Positions 13,851 through 27,295 of a stretch of DNA of 64,000 nucleotides are shown here, piece after piece. The notes beneath the pieces are model-generated. The model was not told where the DNA came from, ran no database searches, and saw only the letters and a program-made list of their open reading frames with translations. The stretch comes from Tubiluchus corallicola. Its lineage: Eukaryota; Animalia; Priapulida. A program made the translations under genes and the position numbers. Location of the stretch: assembly GCA_030141605.1 (NCBI GenBank), contig JAQGDQ010000251.1:210486-274485 (forward strand). The letters run 5' to 3'. The stretch's first letter is position 1. Each line of letters begins with the position of its first letter.

Positions 13851-13957
13851 AATTACGCAAAGTAATACTAGGCGGCACCACTATTGCCACGTGAATTAGT
13901 GCTGCACGTGATATAGCCAGAGAGGCAGATTACTAACTTGATTATTATTTCTTAATT
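13851..13957 (+). promoter_or_regulatory. Probable CTH promoter and non-coding first exon
   Basis: TTACGCAA (C/EBP/PAR-bZIP-like) at ~13853, two CACGTG E-boxes at 13888 and 13905, and a GTAAGT donor at 13958. An acceptor ttctAG at 14782 lies 5 nt before the ATG, which implies an upstream UTR exon. Confidence 0.5.
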
Positions 13958-14787
13958 GTAAGTTACTTCTTTATTTTTTGCTTATTTGTAACACGAATTC
14001 GACGACGACGGAGATAGTTTAGCTATTTTCGTTGTTTCCGCGGTCTTTAGTTTGTCATTAAAGTTATAATCAGCATATTTTGTAGGTAATCATTTTATCA
14101 GATTTAGCCTTTTTTAGGTATTGGAATTTGGATTGTTACTACAAGTCCAACTTAACGACCGGTGTTTGAGTTTGAATGTATTTATTTTGCATAACATTAG
14201 CTTGCGTTGTAATCGTAGCAGCATAATTGTCAGGTCAATATTCAAATTCAAACCTGGTGCTTAAGTCGGCTTCTTACTTTTTGCTTTTTTTAAAGCGCAG
14301 CTCGACATACTGCAATCCGTAATCCAGCACTTAGTCTGGTTCAACTTATTTTTGAAACACATTCTAGCATGCTTCGAGCTAGAGTCCACTACTTATGGGT
14401 TGTACCAACTACCAAGTAAACGTTGAATAATTGCGACAAAAACAGACCTAGCTCATTCACAAAGTTAATTCTGTAACCTCAAACTATGAATTAATATCAG
14501 TGTCTTAGACATGGTTGGATGTGTATTACATGTACATCTGGCTCAACAACGTAAGCAGTTTGATAGATGAAACACCTAGAAGTAGTTGCTTGCATACCCA
14601 GCCATTCATTCACTAGATCTAGTGCTATTTAACTTTAGTGGCCAAACACATTCACTGACTAGTTAATGAAGTGAATCCATTTTTCATTTTAAATTTAACT
14701 TCCTGTTTCCTGGTATCGATGTCTCCATTTTACTTTCCTATATAACATTCATATTAAAATTGTTGTTTTGTTATTTTTCTAGTTACA

Positions 14788-17700
14788 ATGGCAGAGTTTA
14801 CACCTTTTCCACACTTTGCAACTGATGCTATTCATGCCGGCCAAGAACCAGAACAATGGATGTCTCATGCCGTTGTGCCGCCGATATCGATGGCCACGAC
14901 ATTTAAGCAGTACGCTCCCGGAGAACATAGAGTAGGTTTCATAAGTGTGTCTGTTTGAGACTTATTTAAAAATCTTGTCTTCAGTAACTTTATTATAAAT
15001 ATTAGCTGTGCAAAGTTTAATTACCCCACACCCTTGGGTAGTTTAAAATTCAAATCATATGAGTCTTAATTTTAACCAAAGGTAATATTCAAATTTTAAC
15101 ATTTCAGGACTAGCATTCTAGAATTTGGGCTTTGTGTGCACATTTGAAATAATAATAGGTTGGCTGTTCATGTCTGGCTTTAGGCTACTAATGGCCAGTA
15201 CCTTGTAAAACAAACACTCATATTTGCTTTTACATTTTTGAATACCAAGAAATAGTCAAATTCATTGCTAGTCCTGTATGCTCTCTTCTCAATGGACATC
15301 AACTGCTGGATATTGATGTTCTTCGTCCCCCCCCCCATGCAACGAGTGGTGTAGGGCAGGGTAGTGGTTGAATTCATGATGACAACATTTCAAGCTATAT
15401 AGTATATCAAGTCACAAGGATTAAAACTAAAATGACAGATTTTAGGTGATAGAATCATCTAAACTACCTTCATTTGGTGTTTGTGTGAGTCGCAAACGGA
15501 ACTGCTAGTTATTTAACAGGTTTTATTAAAATATTAATTGGCAACAGCAATATATAAAGCTATCCAAAAGTGCATCATTATGACAATCTTGAATCAAACC
15601 ATAATTTTAAGTAATAAAATTAAGAACATGCAGGCCTTGGCAAAAGTGTCAGTGATTGTTTGGTAAATTGATGCACCCTAATGATTTATGACTGCAGTGA
15701 CATGGGGTCGATTCTCTTTTGTGTAGGGATACGAGTATGGTCGAAGTGGTAACCCAACAAGAGATGTTGTAGAGAAATGCATTGCCTCTCTTGAAAAAGG
15801 GAAGTTTTGTAAGTTTACAACAACAAAATTTTTGCATTACATTTTTTAATCGGAAGTTTGTGGTGTGCTGGTATTGGAGTGTACTGATATATGGGTGTTT
15901 TAGTGTAAAATTTATGCTCTTATTAAACATAAAATAAAAGTCTCAGTTCTTGAAATTTTGCTGGAAAATGCCTGGAATTATGGGAAATGATTTTTTTCCT
16001 TTTTTAGAGAGTAACCTTTTGTTACATTTATTATATAATTAATTGACTAGCTTGTTTGTTATTATTTTTGTGATTGTATGTTTTTAAGGTATGGTGTTTG
16101 CTTCTGGATTATCAGCGACAGCAACAATCACGCATTTACTAAATGGTGGTGATCATATTGTCTCTGTGCAAGATGTTTACGGAGGTAATGACTAATCTGG
16201 CTTACTTAAAGTATTGTTGCTGTGTTTACGTTTTAGCAGATTTTTGGCAATGCAACATTATTGTTGTAATGTGAGGTGCGTTGTTCAGTGGTTTTAGACA
16301 CCACGCGTGGTGATCGGAGTTCAGAATGACAGTGGCAGTGACGTAATAAGTGCTTGTTTTGCCCGGGAGCAAAAAAGCTTTTTAGAGGCTACTCTTTCAA
16401 CGTTTTCTCATTTGTTTCGTGCGTGAAGCTGCAAATTACGTGCGATTTTCGCATCCTTGAGCCCCACTTTCCTTTTTCAACATGATGAGATAAAGATAAA
16501 CAAATTTTTTCTAAGAATCACCCAGAGTTTGATGTGCAGTACTGTGCCAGAATAACTTTTCTATGCATTTGTTGCTCATAACTCAACAGTCCTTAAACAT
16601 TCAGCTCCAGCATTAAAACATTGGCATTTGGAGAATAGTGCCACAGTTTCTCCTAAAATTATCGGTCTGCTAAGGCACGTACCACTGTACACACACTGCT
16701 AAATATTAGCATTAGCTTTTTATGGTAGTAATTAAGTGTGATGACCTCGGATTTTGCTGCAGTTCGGAAATTTTTGTTAATTGTTATTGCCGGAATAGTA
16801 ATGAATAATTTTCATCCATTAAATAAACTCTAGAAGAATTTTGCAGATGATTGCCTCCTGTCACCCCCCTCCCCTGCTGCCCCTCTGGACACTGACACTA
16901 GTGAGTGAACGTGCTCGAGGCAGTTTCATCCTTCATGCTGATTCCTGCTGTTTGCCTTGTAGAGGAAAACTGTACCATACACATTTAAACGTGACTATGA
17001 CACCTCTGCTGGTTCAGTGCTTCGATAATAAATTGGATTTCAGTTTCACCATCTTCTTAGGATGTGCTCTGTCATAGTATGCTATGTTCTGACCTGCAGT
17101 GTTCCAAATTGTTTAAGTTTATGCTGCTGATTTAAATTTCTATTTTAGCAAATGTACAAAGTAACTGTTAGGTTTTCTTGGATACCGTGACTGATCTGTT
17201 TAAAAAATGTACGCATGATAAATAGTACGACAGGAAAACATTTTTTAGCAAAGTTGGCCCCAGATTGATCCCATGTGCTCTGGTCTACATTATTTAAAAA
17301 ATAATTGGTAAATAGTAATCTAATAATAGTATTATAATATATGATATTGATTTTTTGTCTCAGAATATCATAATATTTTGAATTGATTTTTTTATATCAT
17401 AATATTTGGTATTGATTGTTTTGTATCATAATATTTGGTACTGATTTTTGTGGGTGACTATAGTGATGGGCAATTTTTAAATTTTTTGATTCCTTTACAA
17501 TCTTGTTCTTGTAATTCAATATCACAATTAATCTTTTATGGTAATTTTTTAGTGTTTTAGCCATATTTTTCAAACATTGTAGCACTGAAATATAGCCTAT
17601 AAACTTCTTCATGGTTTTCGTCGTTCTCTGTCATTTTCATACTCGCAAACTATTTTGATAGACACATACATTCATTAACTACTTTATTACTATGTCAACT

Positions 17701-20700
17701 GCACACATCATGTGAAAGAGAATAAGAAGCCCCAGTTTGCATCACTACGGTTTGCAACTGTGTGCATTTTGTAAGGTCAGAAAAATGAAGAATTCTGTTT
17801 ATTTGTACTAAAACACTGCTTTGTTTAGTCAGTGTGTAACACCTATGTTTTGCTCTCGATTAATCTTGATTAACTGAATTACTGTTCAATAGCCGGTTAC
17901 ATATCAATTTATACGTGGTTGTAATCTCGATTAATTAAATTAATCTATAAATTGCCCATCACTGGGTGACTTCTACTGTCATTTCAAGCATTTAAAATCA
18001 AGTCTATATAGCTGTTGCATTTACACAGTGCATGTACAGGCAACCACACACTGGCCTTGAAATATAGTTTTATGCTTCGTTTTTATCTTGTCATTTTCTG
18101 TTCTACTTGCTGAAAGACATTTTGTGTTGCAATATTTGAACATCATAAATGCAAATATAGTAACCAAAGAATGCAGCAGTGGATTATGGCTAGGCAGACA
18201 GGCACCAAATAGTGTGTTGCATGAAATCAGTAGGGCAGACATAGTAGCTGCAACTTCTGTTAGTACTTTATAGAATGCCAGTACAACAAAAAGAAATTTC
18301 ACGCTTTCAACTAAGGCAAAAATTTATAATTAAAACACTTCTTATCAAATGAATAGTAAAATGAATCGTAGCTAAATGGGGAGTCGCTAAGTGAGAGCTG
18401 ACTGTGCATTATGTGCTGGTCAGCTACTGGTGCAAATTGGTTACTTTTAGACTATGGGCATCTATAAGAAAATTCCTCAGTATCTGGCATCGTTCATAAT
18501 AGAATACTGCAAAAATGTGTAAAGAGTCCAAAAGCAAATGTCTAAATTATTGATACTTAGTTTAATATTTTAAACAGGCCTGAAATCCGAGTTAATCATT
18601 GATTTCTGATCGGTGATGTATTATCGATAAAAGTACCAAAAATTCCCAGTTAACTTGAATTGGACTAATTTTAACTGATTGGATAATTTTACTTTGAACA
18701 ACAGTGAATTCTTAAATGGCATATCAACAAGTGATGAATATCCGTAATTTATCAAGAAAACACATCTCAAAAGCTTAGGATAGGATAGGATTTCTTATAT
18801 TTTGCAAACAACCGAAAAACTGGCTTGTGTAATAGCAGATTTATTTGCTTTGTAAATGACCGGGTTTATAACAAACTAATGTTGTATATTAGTAATACTG
18901 GCATGCAGTATACATGCCAGGGTTACTAATATACAGTAATACAATCCTAAATAAATTCTTTACATCTGATTTTCTGGCTTGCAAATTTCACAATTATGTT
19001 GTCAATTATATGAAGTCATTTAGATATTCATTTTCAATAGATTTTATGTTAATCAAGGTGCTTTTGTTGACAAGATGACCTCATATAGCTTTTAATTAGT
19101 CTAAGACTCTAACTTAGAAAATGATCTTTCTCTTCATTTAAAATCATTTAAGAAAAAACTATGGCATGTCGTAGGTTTTGCATCTGTTCCCTCACCCAGA
19201 AACATTTGTCATTTTTGTACTTTATTCATAACAATTCTGTACCTTTGAAAGCAAAATAAAAACCACTAATTTTTATTCTGTAGCAAACACTTGGCTGTTT
19301 AATCGTTGATACAGTTGACAAAATCGGGAACTGTCGGGGCCTCTGACGCTTGGAGGTCCTCCTGCACCACCGACAGAGCCGCCGTGGTAGTTGTGGCTCT
19401 GAGCGCAGAGTATTTATAACCAGGTTGGAATCATAGAAAATGGCCAGCTCTGATTAATTCAATTGGTGATTACAAGCTTATGCAATGTAAGATGACTGCA
19501 ACAGCCGTAATTTATTATGATGTGTCTTACAGGAACTAACCGATATTTTTCACAAGTTGCCTCGGCTTTCCACGTTGGAGTTACTTATGTTGATGCGGCT
19601 ACAGACGTTAAACACATCACCGATGCCATAACAGACAAAACTAGGGTGAGTTAGTAAAAGCTAAACTTTCTTTGATATGAGATATTTATGTTTATTGATT
19701 TGCTATTTGCTTTGCTTCTTGAGATTACTGTTTTTGTTTCTGTCTTAAATTCATTCAATAGATGAATTTATTCATCCAGTGAATACAATAATAGTATAAA
19801 TTTATTATTACCCAAATGCTAACTTTGTATTTAAATTCTTCATGTGATTACTATTTGTAACTTTACTTCTCTGTTATTTAAATTTGTGATGAGAGTTCGC
19901 AAAACTATTTTTGCCTCTACAGTATAAAATAACATGACAAATTAATTTTAATGTTGTATTATTTTTGTATAATAGCCAGTAATCACCCAAAAGTTTTCCT
20001 GCGCCTGTAAGTAAGCCTTTACTTTTAATAAGAGGCAGCTGATTAAGTGACGAACAGGCCTTTCACTGCTCTTTCTCAGTTATATTTAAATTTTTATGTA
20101 ATCATATTCTTTTTAAACAAAAAAAGTTGGGTTGAAAAAATAAAGCTGAGTTGAATTGAATTGCATTGTTCATTTTAATGAGAAGTTACTTGCTTACTTG
20201 TATAACATTGTTAATGAGCTAAAATTGTTTTCAGAATTTGCTTGTTATGAAAATAGTTTGTGCCATGTTCCCATATAGTGAAATAGCAAATCAGTCTAGT
20301 TTTATAGTGTAGGAAGGAGAATAGCTGCATGGTCAATATATGGGCATGGTAACTAAAGTTAATTATTGCTGAGATTAGTCAGGAGCAGGATGGGTGACTG
20401 CCAGAAAATTTTTTTTGTTGGTTTCATTTGCCATACTGACTCTTGTTATTAACCTCGTTAAGTTAGGATGTGTACACAGCCTAGATGGCAAAGGTGCTTC
20501 TGCTGATTAAGTTCCACTTTTCAGATGATTATTCTTGATAAGGCGCTAACTTCTGGTACTGCCACAAACAGCTACACTAAGTATATTCTGCCTTTGGGTG
20601 CTTCATTTCTGGTTGTAGTGTGACAAATTGCTTAAAAACAATGTACAAACGGATATCGCAGAAAAGAAGTCTTCAAATATTCTTCGGATAAAAACAAACT

Positions 20701-23700
20701 CTTTTTCATAATCTGCATTGAAGCATCGTATTATTTCAAGTTTTTCTTTTCAAAAGGCAGAACAATAAGCCTTTTCACAGTTCCAGCAATTGATGATGAT
20801 CATGAAAAGGTCCAAGGTTAAGTGAACCAGACAATGCATTTGTGTACACTTGACAATGCCTTGCAGCCCTTGCTATTGTAATAGTAACAATTTTAACAGC
20901 TAGCTAGAACATTACCTAGTTAATTTTTCTTGTTCCCAAGCAAGATACTGCTAGTAAAATACTCTACATTGCCCAGATTAATGCACAATTAAGTAAAGTC
21001 TGCGTAAAACAACTGAAGTTATTGAACTGATGTGACAGACGACTTTGATTTGCCTACATGTCACATGACTTTTGTAGTTAAGACATGTTTCTTGGGTTCA
21101 CTAAACCTTTGACCTACAGCAACTGTGCATGCACATAGCAAAACTGTGAAAAGGCTTATTACTTTCGTTTGAGCAACCAAATGAGCTTTTAAGTGTATTT
21201 AGTGTGATAGATTGTGAAGTGTCCACATGAATGCATACTCTAACTTTTCTTGGTTGTTACTTAGATGGTGTGGATAGAGACTCCGACAAATCCTACCTTA
21301 TGCTTGGTGGACATTAAGGCCGTTGCAGCTGAAGTCAAGAAACATAAGAACATATTTATGGTAGTTGACAACACGTTTATGACGCCTTATTTTCAGCGAC
21401 CGCTGGAGCTGGGTGCTGACGTTGTGCTTCATTCTTTGACTAAATATATGAATGGTATGAATTATGATTTACTGTTAACTGAGTTACCCTTTAATGCTGA
21501 AAGCATAAGTTATTTAACTTTTCTGTGAAACTGAACATTTTTAATGGGTTTCTTTACACTTTGAATTGCTCATGTTGTTGAGCACAATTGTGCAAATATA
21601 AATTTTACTGGTGGCTGGGAATAGCTGAAAAGATATTGAAAAAAACACAGGTATTTAACACTGTGATAGCATCTTTAGTGTAAAACATCCATGGTTTTCA
21701 ATGAAACAAGGTGACATTAAAATAAATTTTAGATACTTCAACACATAACCCATTGTATTAATGAATGTTTTCTCAGACGTTCGTAAACTTCAATGCTATA
21801 CACATGTTTCTTCTTTTTGTAAGTTTGCATTCAGTTATTTACATTAATATGTGAAGTTATCAAACACGTGTATTTCAAGTTTGACTGTCAAAAGATTGCT
21901 TTTGTAGTTGCTTGTGTTTTTGTTGCACAATTCTAATTCACATTTTCTTACATCTTTATGTATGTTGATGCTGTGCATTTTTTATCAGCATTTCAGCATA
22001 TTTTTTCCAGTATGTTGAATGGACATGTATCGAAGTTGCTAAGATTACGTCTGTTGCCATTTTGATTCTAAACATTATTTGATTATTTGTAGGTCATAGT
22101 GACTCTATTATGGGGGCTTTAGTTACAAACAGTGATGCTATAGAGGATAAACTAAGATTCTTACAAAATGGTAAGTTATGTGTAATTATATTTTCTTTGT
22201 GATTTTGTAAGTTGTTGTGTAGTAATTTGTATATTCTCCTTGTAAACTATGATGCACTTGCAGGTTGAATCCTTTTTATGTTACAGCAATTGGTGCGATT
22301 CCAAGTCCGTTCGATTGCTACTTGGTTAACCGAGGCCTGAAAACGCTGCATCTGCGCATGCAGTGCCATATGAAAAACGGTTTGGCCGTTGCTAGATATT
22401 TGGAAAAAGATCCCCGGGTACTGAAGGTCATCCATCCAGGTAGGTTTGGAAGATATTAGACTTCGTTAGCTCAAAGATGAGTGATGAGTTACCAAACAAT
22501 TTTGCAAAGATTACTTTGTTTAATAATTGACCGATTAGATGATTGTATTGGATTAAAGTGGTAGATTGCTAACAGTAAAAGAATTGCTATTCGTAAATCT
22601 CAGCATTAAGCCAAGTAGTCATCAGCAGTTATCATGCTTTACCGAGTTTCGAGGCTTAACTGGACACTCCACGTGGTGCCCACAATAGCAAAGATGATAG
22701 TTGGTTATTCCACCAGTGAAATTAGTTTTTCTCCTGTGTTGTGTAAGAATTTATGATTTTTTTATGGTATTATTTAAATTTTATGTCGAATGACTTGCAC
22801 AAGATACCTGTTGGTGATCGGTTAACTTCTAAATACAGTCACAAAATCAAAGCTCTACAATTACCGAATGAGAAACTATAAATTTTAAACCTTCCAAACT
22901 CACTTTATGTTTATAATGACACTCTTTTAATAAAACTTGTAATCAGCACTTACTGAGGCAATTATGGTCTGCGTCATTAACTCTATAATGCTGAATTATC
23001 AGAGGGCAGTATTGTTTTACGTTGGTTTATGACTCATTTTCATAAACAGTTGAGAATTAATTTAATTTTAACTTTCAGGGCTCGAGTCACATCCTCAGTA
23101 TCAATTGGCTAAGACTCAGTGCCGTGGATATTCTGGAATGTGCTCGTTTTATGTAAAAGGTGGCCTGAAAGAAGCTACAACTTTTCTAAGTTCTTTGAAG
23201 GTACGTAATTGCATATGATTGCTTTGGAGAAGTGCAACCATACCATTTTCTCATTTTGCTGCTGTTTATTTTCAGAAGCTGTTAAATTAGTTTTTGTTAC
23301 GGACTTGCAAATGTATAATATATGGAACATTTGTGTTATACATACGTAATGGAGATGACTATATGTCTGCCAGAAAATGGTCCAAAACTGGCGCATAAAT
23401 AATACCTGTGCAGTATACGTTCTTTGGGTCATAAGTTTTTAGAATACAACGAAAAAGTCTGTTTGTGCGTAACGTTATTGAAATCTTTCTTATCCTGATT
23501 TCTAGCTAATTTTTCTACTATGCAAAGTTGCTTATGCAAGTTAAGAGTTCAATGACTTTATATGTTTTCCCCAGAAACGCATTTATGATTTATTTATGCC
23601 AATGACTAATAAAAGTTGTATTGTCAGACAGATGGTATTAACAAAATAAAGGTAACTAGGCTGTCAGGCTTGCTGCTGAGTTTGTTCCCAGAGTCCTTTA

Positions 23701-25789
23701 CTACATGCAGAGAGTGTGAACAGTGTGCACAGCAACCAACAGTACTTTGCAATTTCATCTCACTATGACATTCATAGCCATAGTAAGAAGTTGTAAATAA
23801 GCGCCTTTACATGTTGACAGACATTGTAATATGTCTAATATAACACATTGGAAGAAGAGTTTAAGCTGTTTTTAAAATATCACAAAGTAATGTTACCATC
23901 TGAATTTAGGTGTTTATACTTGCTGAAAGTTTGGGAGGCTTTGAAAGTTTAGCCGAACATCCGTGAGTAACTCGGGCTTTTTCTAGCATTTTGCATTCTT
24001 TTCGACTGACAGTATACATCAATCAGCTAAGCGGCTAGAAGAACCCTGGCAAGCCCTAGGGGGAACCCTGTGAAACCAACATCTTCCTATATTATTGTAA
24101 AATAGTTTAATAAACTTTAACTGATATGCCTTTTTGATGTTTGTATCAGTTTGATTGTCTAAACTAGAAATTTGTCTTTACTAGTTTTAAAATAATGCAT
24201 GAAATGTGTTGGTTTCACTGGGTTCCCTGTCCACTTTCCAGGCTTTTTCAGCCCTTAGCTGGTTGTTGATGCTCTGTGACCTTAAAACAGACTTGAACAG
24301 CGTGGTTGTAATAAAAAATGTTTTTATAGACTTTGTTTTCAATTTTGTGAGTTAATTTTCTTAGTTAACATGCTGTTAACCTTGATAATAATTCTGTTAA
24401 TTTTGAATGTGCATTTGTCGTTGTTAAAATTTTAAAATAATACAGGAAATATGTTGGTTTTTACATTAATGAAATTAATAAAATTTACTAATTTAATTTA
24501 TTAGTTAATATGCTGTTAGTTTTGATAATAATTCTATTAATTTTGAATTCATTGTTTGAACATTGGCTAACCATGATAAATAACTACAATTTTGTTTACA
24601 TTTCGGCACACACAAGCTGTTACATTCCAGTACAAGTAAATAGTTGAACTGTATACACTATAGCCAATTTAAACTAGCCAAGTTTAATTCTTTTTCTCTT
24701 AATTTAGTGCTTTATTTGTTGTTTTTAGTGCTATTATGACACATGCTTCAGTGCCAAAGGATCAACGGGACACTTTAGGAATTGGTGATAATTTAATACG
24801 CCTTTCTGTTGGGCTTGAAGATGAAGAAGACTTGATAGGTGATATTGATCAAGCCCTTACTGCTGCTGTGAGTTGCTTTTCCACAAACATGTCTTTATTT
24901 TTTATCTATAAATTTTAACGCATAACTTGTATTTTATGTTCTTTTTAAACAAATTTGTACTTTTGTGCAAACATAATATGGATTGTGGCATTTATTAGTA
25001 ACATCATTTTATTTCGAGCTGATTTTACTAAAGTATCTCGTAAGAAACAAAGTGTTGTCAGTCAAGATTATTGGCACGATTAGTTTTAAAAAAGGGATTA
25101 CGATAGTAAAAAGATTAACGGGCCTAATTAATAAGCCTGTTATATCAATAGAAACCAAATAATTCTGGTAAAATATACAAGCAGTAACATCTTCTTAGAA
25201 ATTAACATGTAAAATGTAATCTAGAATTGATTGCAGCTGTGCTGTGTTTAAAAAATTATTATCATTTCTAAGCATTTGTAGCAGGCCATACTAACAAGTA
25301 TTTGTTGATTTCCTTATCAAAGCCTTTTACTCCATGATTTCTTTGCAAAAATATTATATCCATTTTCTAACGGATAACTACTACATTTCAGTGTGGTTAA
25401 TGTTGTTGCACAATGCACCTCCTTTATAGGAGATGAAGCCAGTCAGTGAAGCAGTAGTTGGTTTGTTTTGCTGGTTGGGTTAAGACATCACTAATTGCTG
25501 TGGCATCATTTTATTGATAAAATGCACCTTGACTTTTTTACTTTTCTTCTGCAATCTGTTGTGATAGTATGTGGAATTTTTCTCATAAAAGCTTATATTT
25601 AATAAATCAGAACATTTGATTTTTTTCTACCTTTTCTAACCAATCACCTCAGTCATGATTAAGTTAGTAAGCAAGTAGTTAAGTTAGTGTCAAATAACAA
25701 GACTCTTAGTGCAGTTTACTATGTGAGAATGTTGATTTGAAGTTAATGATTTTGTTTTTTTCCAGATGGCTGCTGCTAAAGAACAGTAA
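14788..25789 (+). CDS. CTH: Cystathionine gamma-lyase (PLP-dependent Cys/Met metabolism family), 11 coding exons
   Basis: In-frame GT-AG exons: 14788-14931, 15727-15808, 16089-16184, 19533-19645, 21265-21454, 22093-22170, 22287-22439, 23079-23200, 23910-23962, 24729-24867, 25766-25789. Motifs [60 protein letters not shown]-lysine [37 protein letters not shown]. The last micro-exon (MAAAKEQ*) is the least certain. Confidence 0.96.
16915..17065 (+). repeat. Dispersed repeat (second copy ~36300-36455)
   Basis: ttcatgctgattc(c/t)..ctgttt.cct.gtagaggaaa...cacctct....gttcagtg is shared by both loci. Confidence 0.6.
17461..17964. mobile_element. hAT-like MITE with 8-bp TSD in CTH intron
   Basis: TIRs TAGTGATGGGCAATTT / AAATTGCCCATCACTG; flanks GGTGACTA and GGTGACTT (7/8 TSD match). 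Confidence 0.8.
24017..24270. mobile_element. Foldback/MITE-like inverted repeat in CTH intron
   Basis: Arms of ~65 nt: catcaatcagctaag...gggaaccctgtgaaaccaaca vs tgttggtttcactgggttccc...cttagctggttgttgatg. Confidence 0.65.
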
Positions 25790-25870
25790 CTAAAGACTGT
25801 TATGTAAAATATCTGTAGTGGAATAATAATAAAAATAATGAGAATGGTCTACACAAACACGCACGTGGGC

Positions 25871-26227
25871 AAGGCTGGATTGTCCTATAGGCTAGCATGG
25901 CATGGGCTGCAGCCCCTAGGGCCCTTCAAGTTTGGGCACCCTCAAGCTTTGATAACATTTGGTAAAAAACTATGTTGAAATAAGTGCTCATTTTGTTTGC
26001 AATAAATAGCAAAATTGTGGTATTTTTAAAGAACCTTTTTATTGACAAACAAAAGATAGCTATTCCAGCATATATAAAGAATTTGCAATAAATTTACTTC
26101 AAGCTGTGTAAATGTAGCTAAAATATATCAGGAGTAAAAATATTCAAGACGGATGTGCAGAGTTAGATGGTGGCTTCGTCTGAGCTTCATTAGCCTAGGG
26201 CTCCGAAAAGGTCATAATCCGTCCCGC
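25871..26227. mobile_element. hAT-like MITE in CTH 3' region
   Basis: aaggctggatt...aatccgtccc imperfect termini; gcctagggc motifs shared with the 5.1 kb and 31.5 kb copies. Confidence 0.5.
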
Positions 26228-27295
26228 ACACGTGTGTTTGCACAAGTTTTAAGTATGTGTAATGTCGCACAAATTGTAACGTGTTATGCATGCTTTACTC
26301 TATGTAAAATCTATAGTGCTTTAGATCCTAGCAATCGTTAAGTATCATGGAATCCAAATATCACAGATTTTAAAGAATCTGCGTATTTATTGTTTGTCAT
26401 TTAGTGATTTGATAGGTGGAATTCATCTAGGTTGGGCTGGATGTGACATGCTTCAAGGTGGTCCCATTTATTCTATAGTTTATTGTTTTTCAATGACTGT
26501 AAATGCCACTTTTCATTTGTTTTTTACTAGATATTGTTGATGTTAAAGGACCAAGGTCATTTAATTATGAGGGGAGGTATAATTGAATTCTAGTGCTCAG
26601 AGTTGTGCACCTGCTAGCTTGAGTTATTAAAATTTTTTGTTGCAACTTATTATGTAAAAAAGGAGCATTAAAAGTTTGGACAATGACTTAACAAGCATTA
26701 ATTTTGTTTTTTTTCAGTGATTATTGATAATGTGTCATGCAACTGTGATAATGTGATGCATTTTTACAATTATTCTTGATTCTTGTTGATTTTATATTTT
26801 GTGAAACTGAATCCATATTGAAACATTTACTCCTGCTTAAAATCACAATCAGTCTTGATCTCTTTGTGACTTTTTCATAATTATTTTCTTATAATATTAT
26901 AGCTACCTAATGCATGTGAGTCTTTTTACTGAGTATATTTAGCCTGAACTGTGACATTACAAGGTAGTAATCCTTGCTACATGAGTGATGCCGTATTTCA
27001 TGTACAGTAACACTGCATACTAATTGACAATTAAACTTGCTTTTTCACTTATTAGTAGTGAAACTTAATCTGATTTAGAATCATTAGAAACTTTAGAATA
27101 TAATTAGAATTCCTGACATTTGTTGGTGTCTTACTTATAAATTGGTGATTTTGCTGGATTTAATAAGAGAGCATTTTGAATGTAACACATTCAATTTGTG
27201 CTTAAGTTGGTTCAAAATTCTTGATCATAATTAATCTGACTGTTTTTCATTCATTGAGTTATTATTTATTTATTTATATTTATTTACTCTTATTT

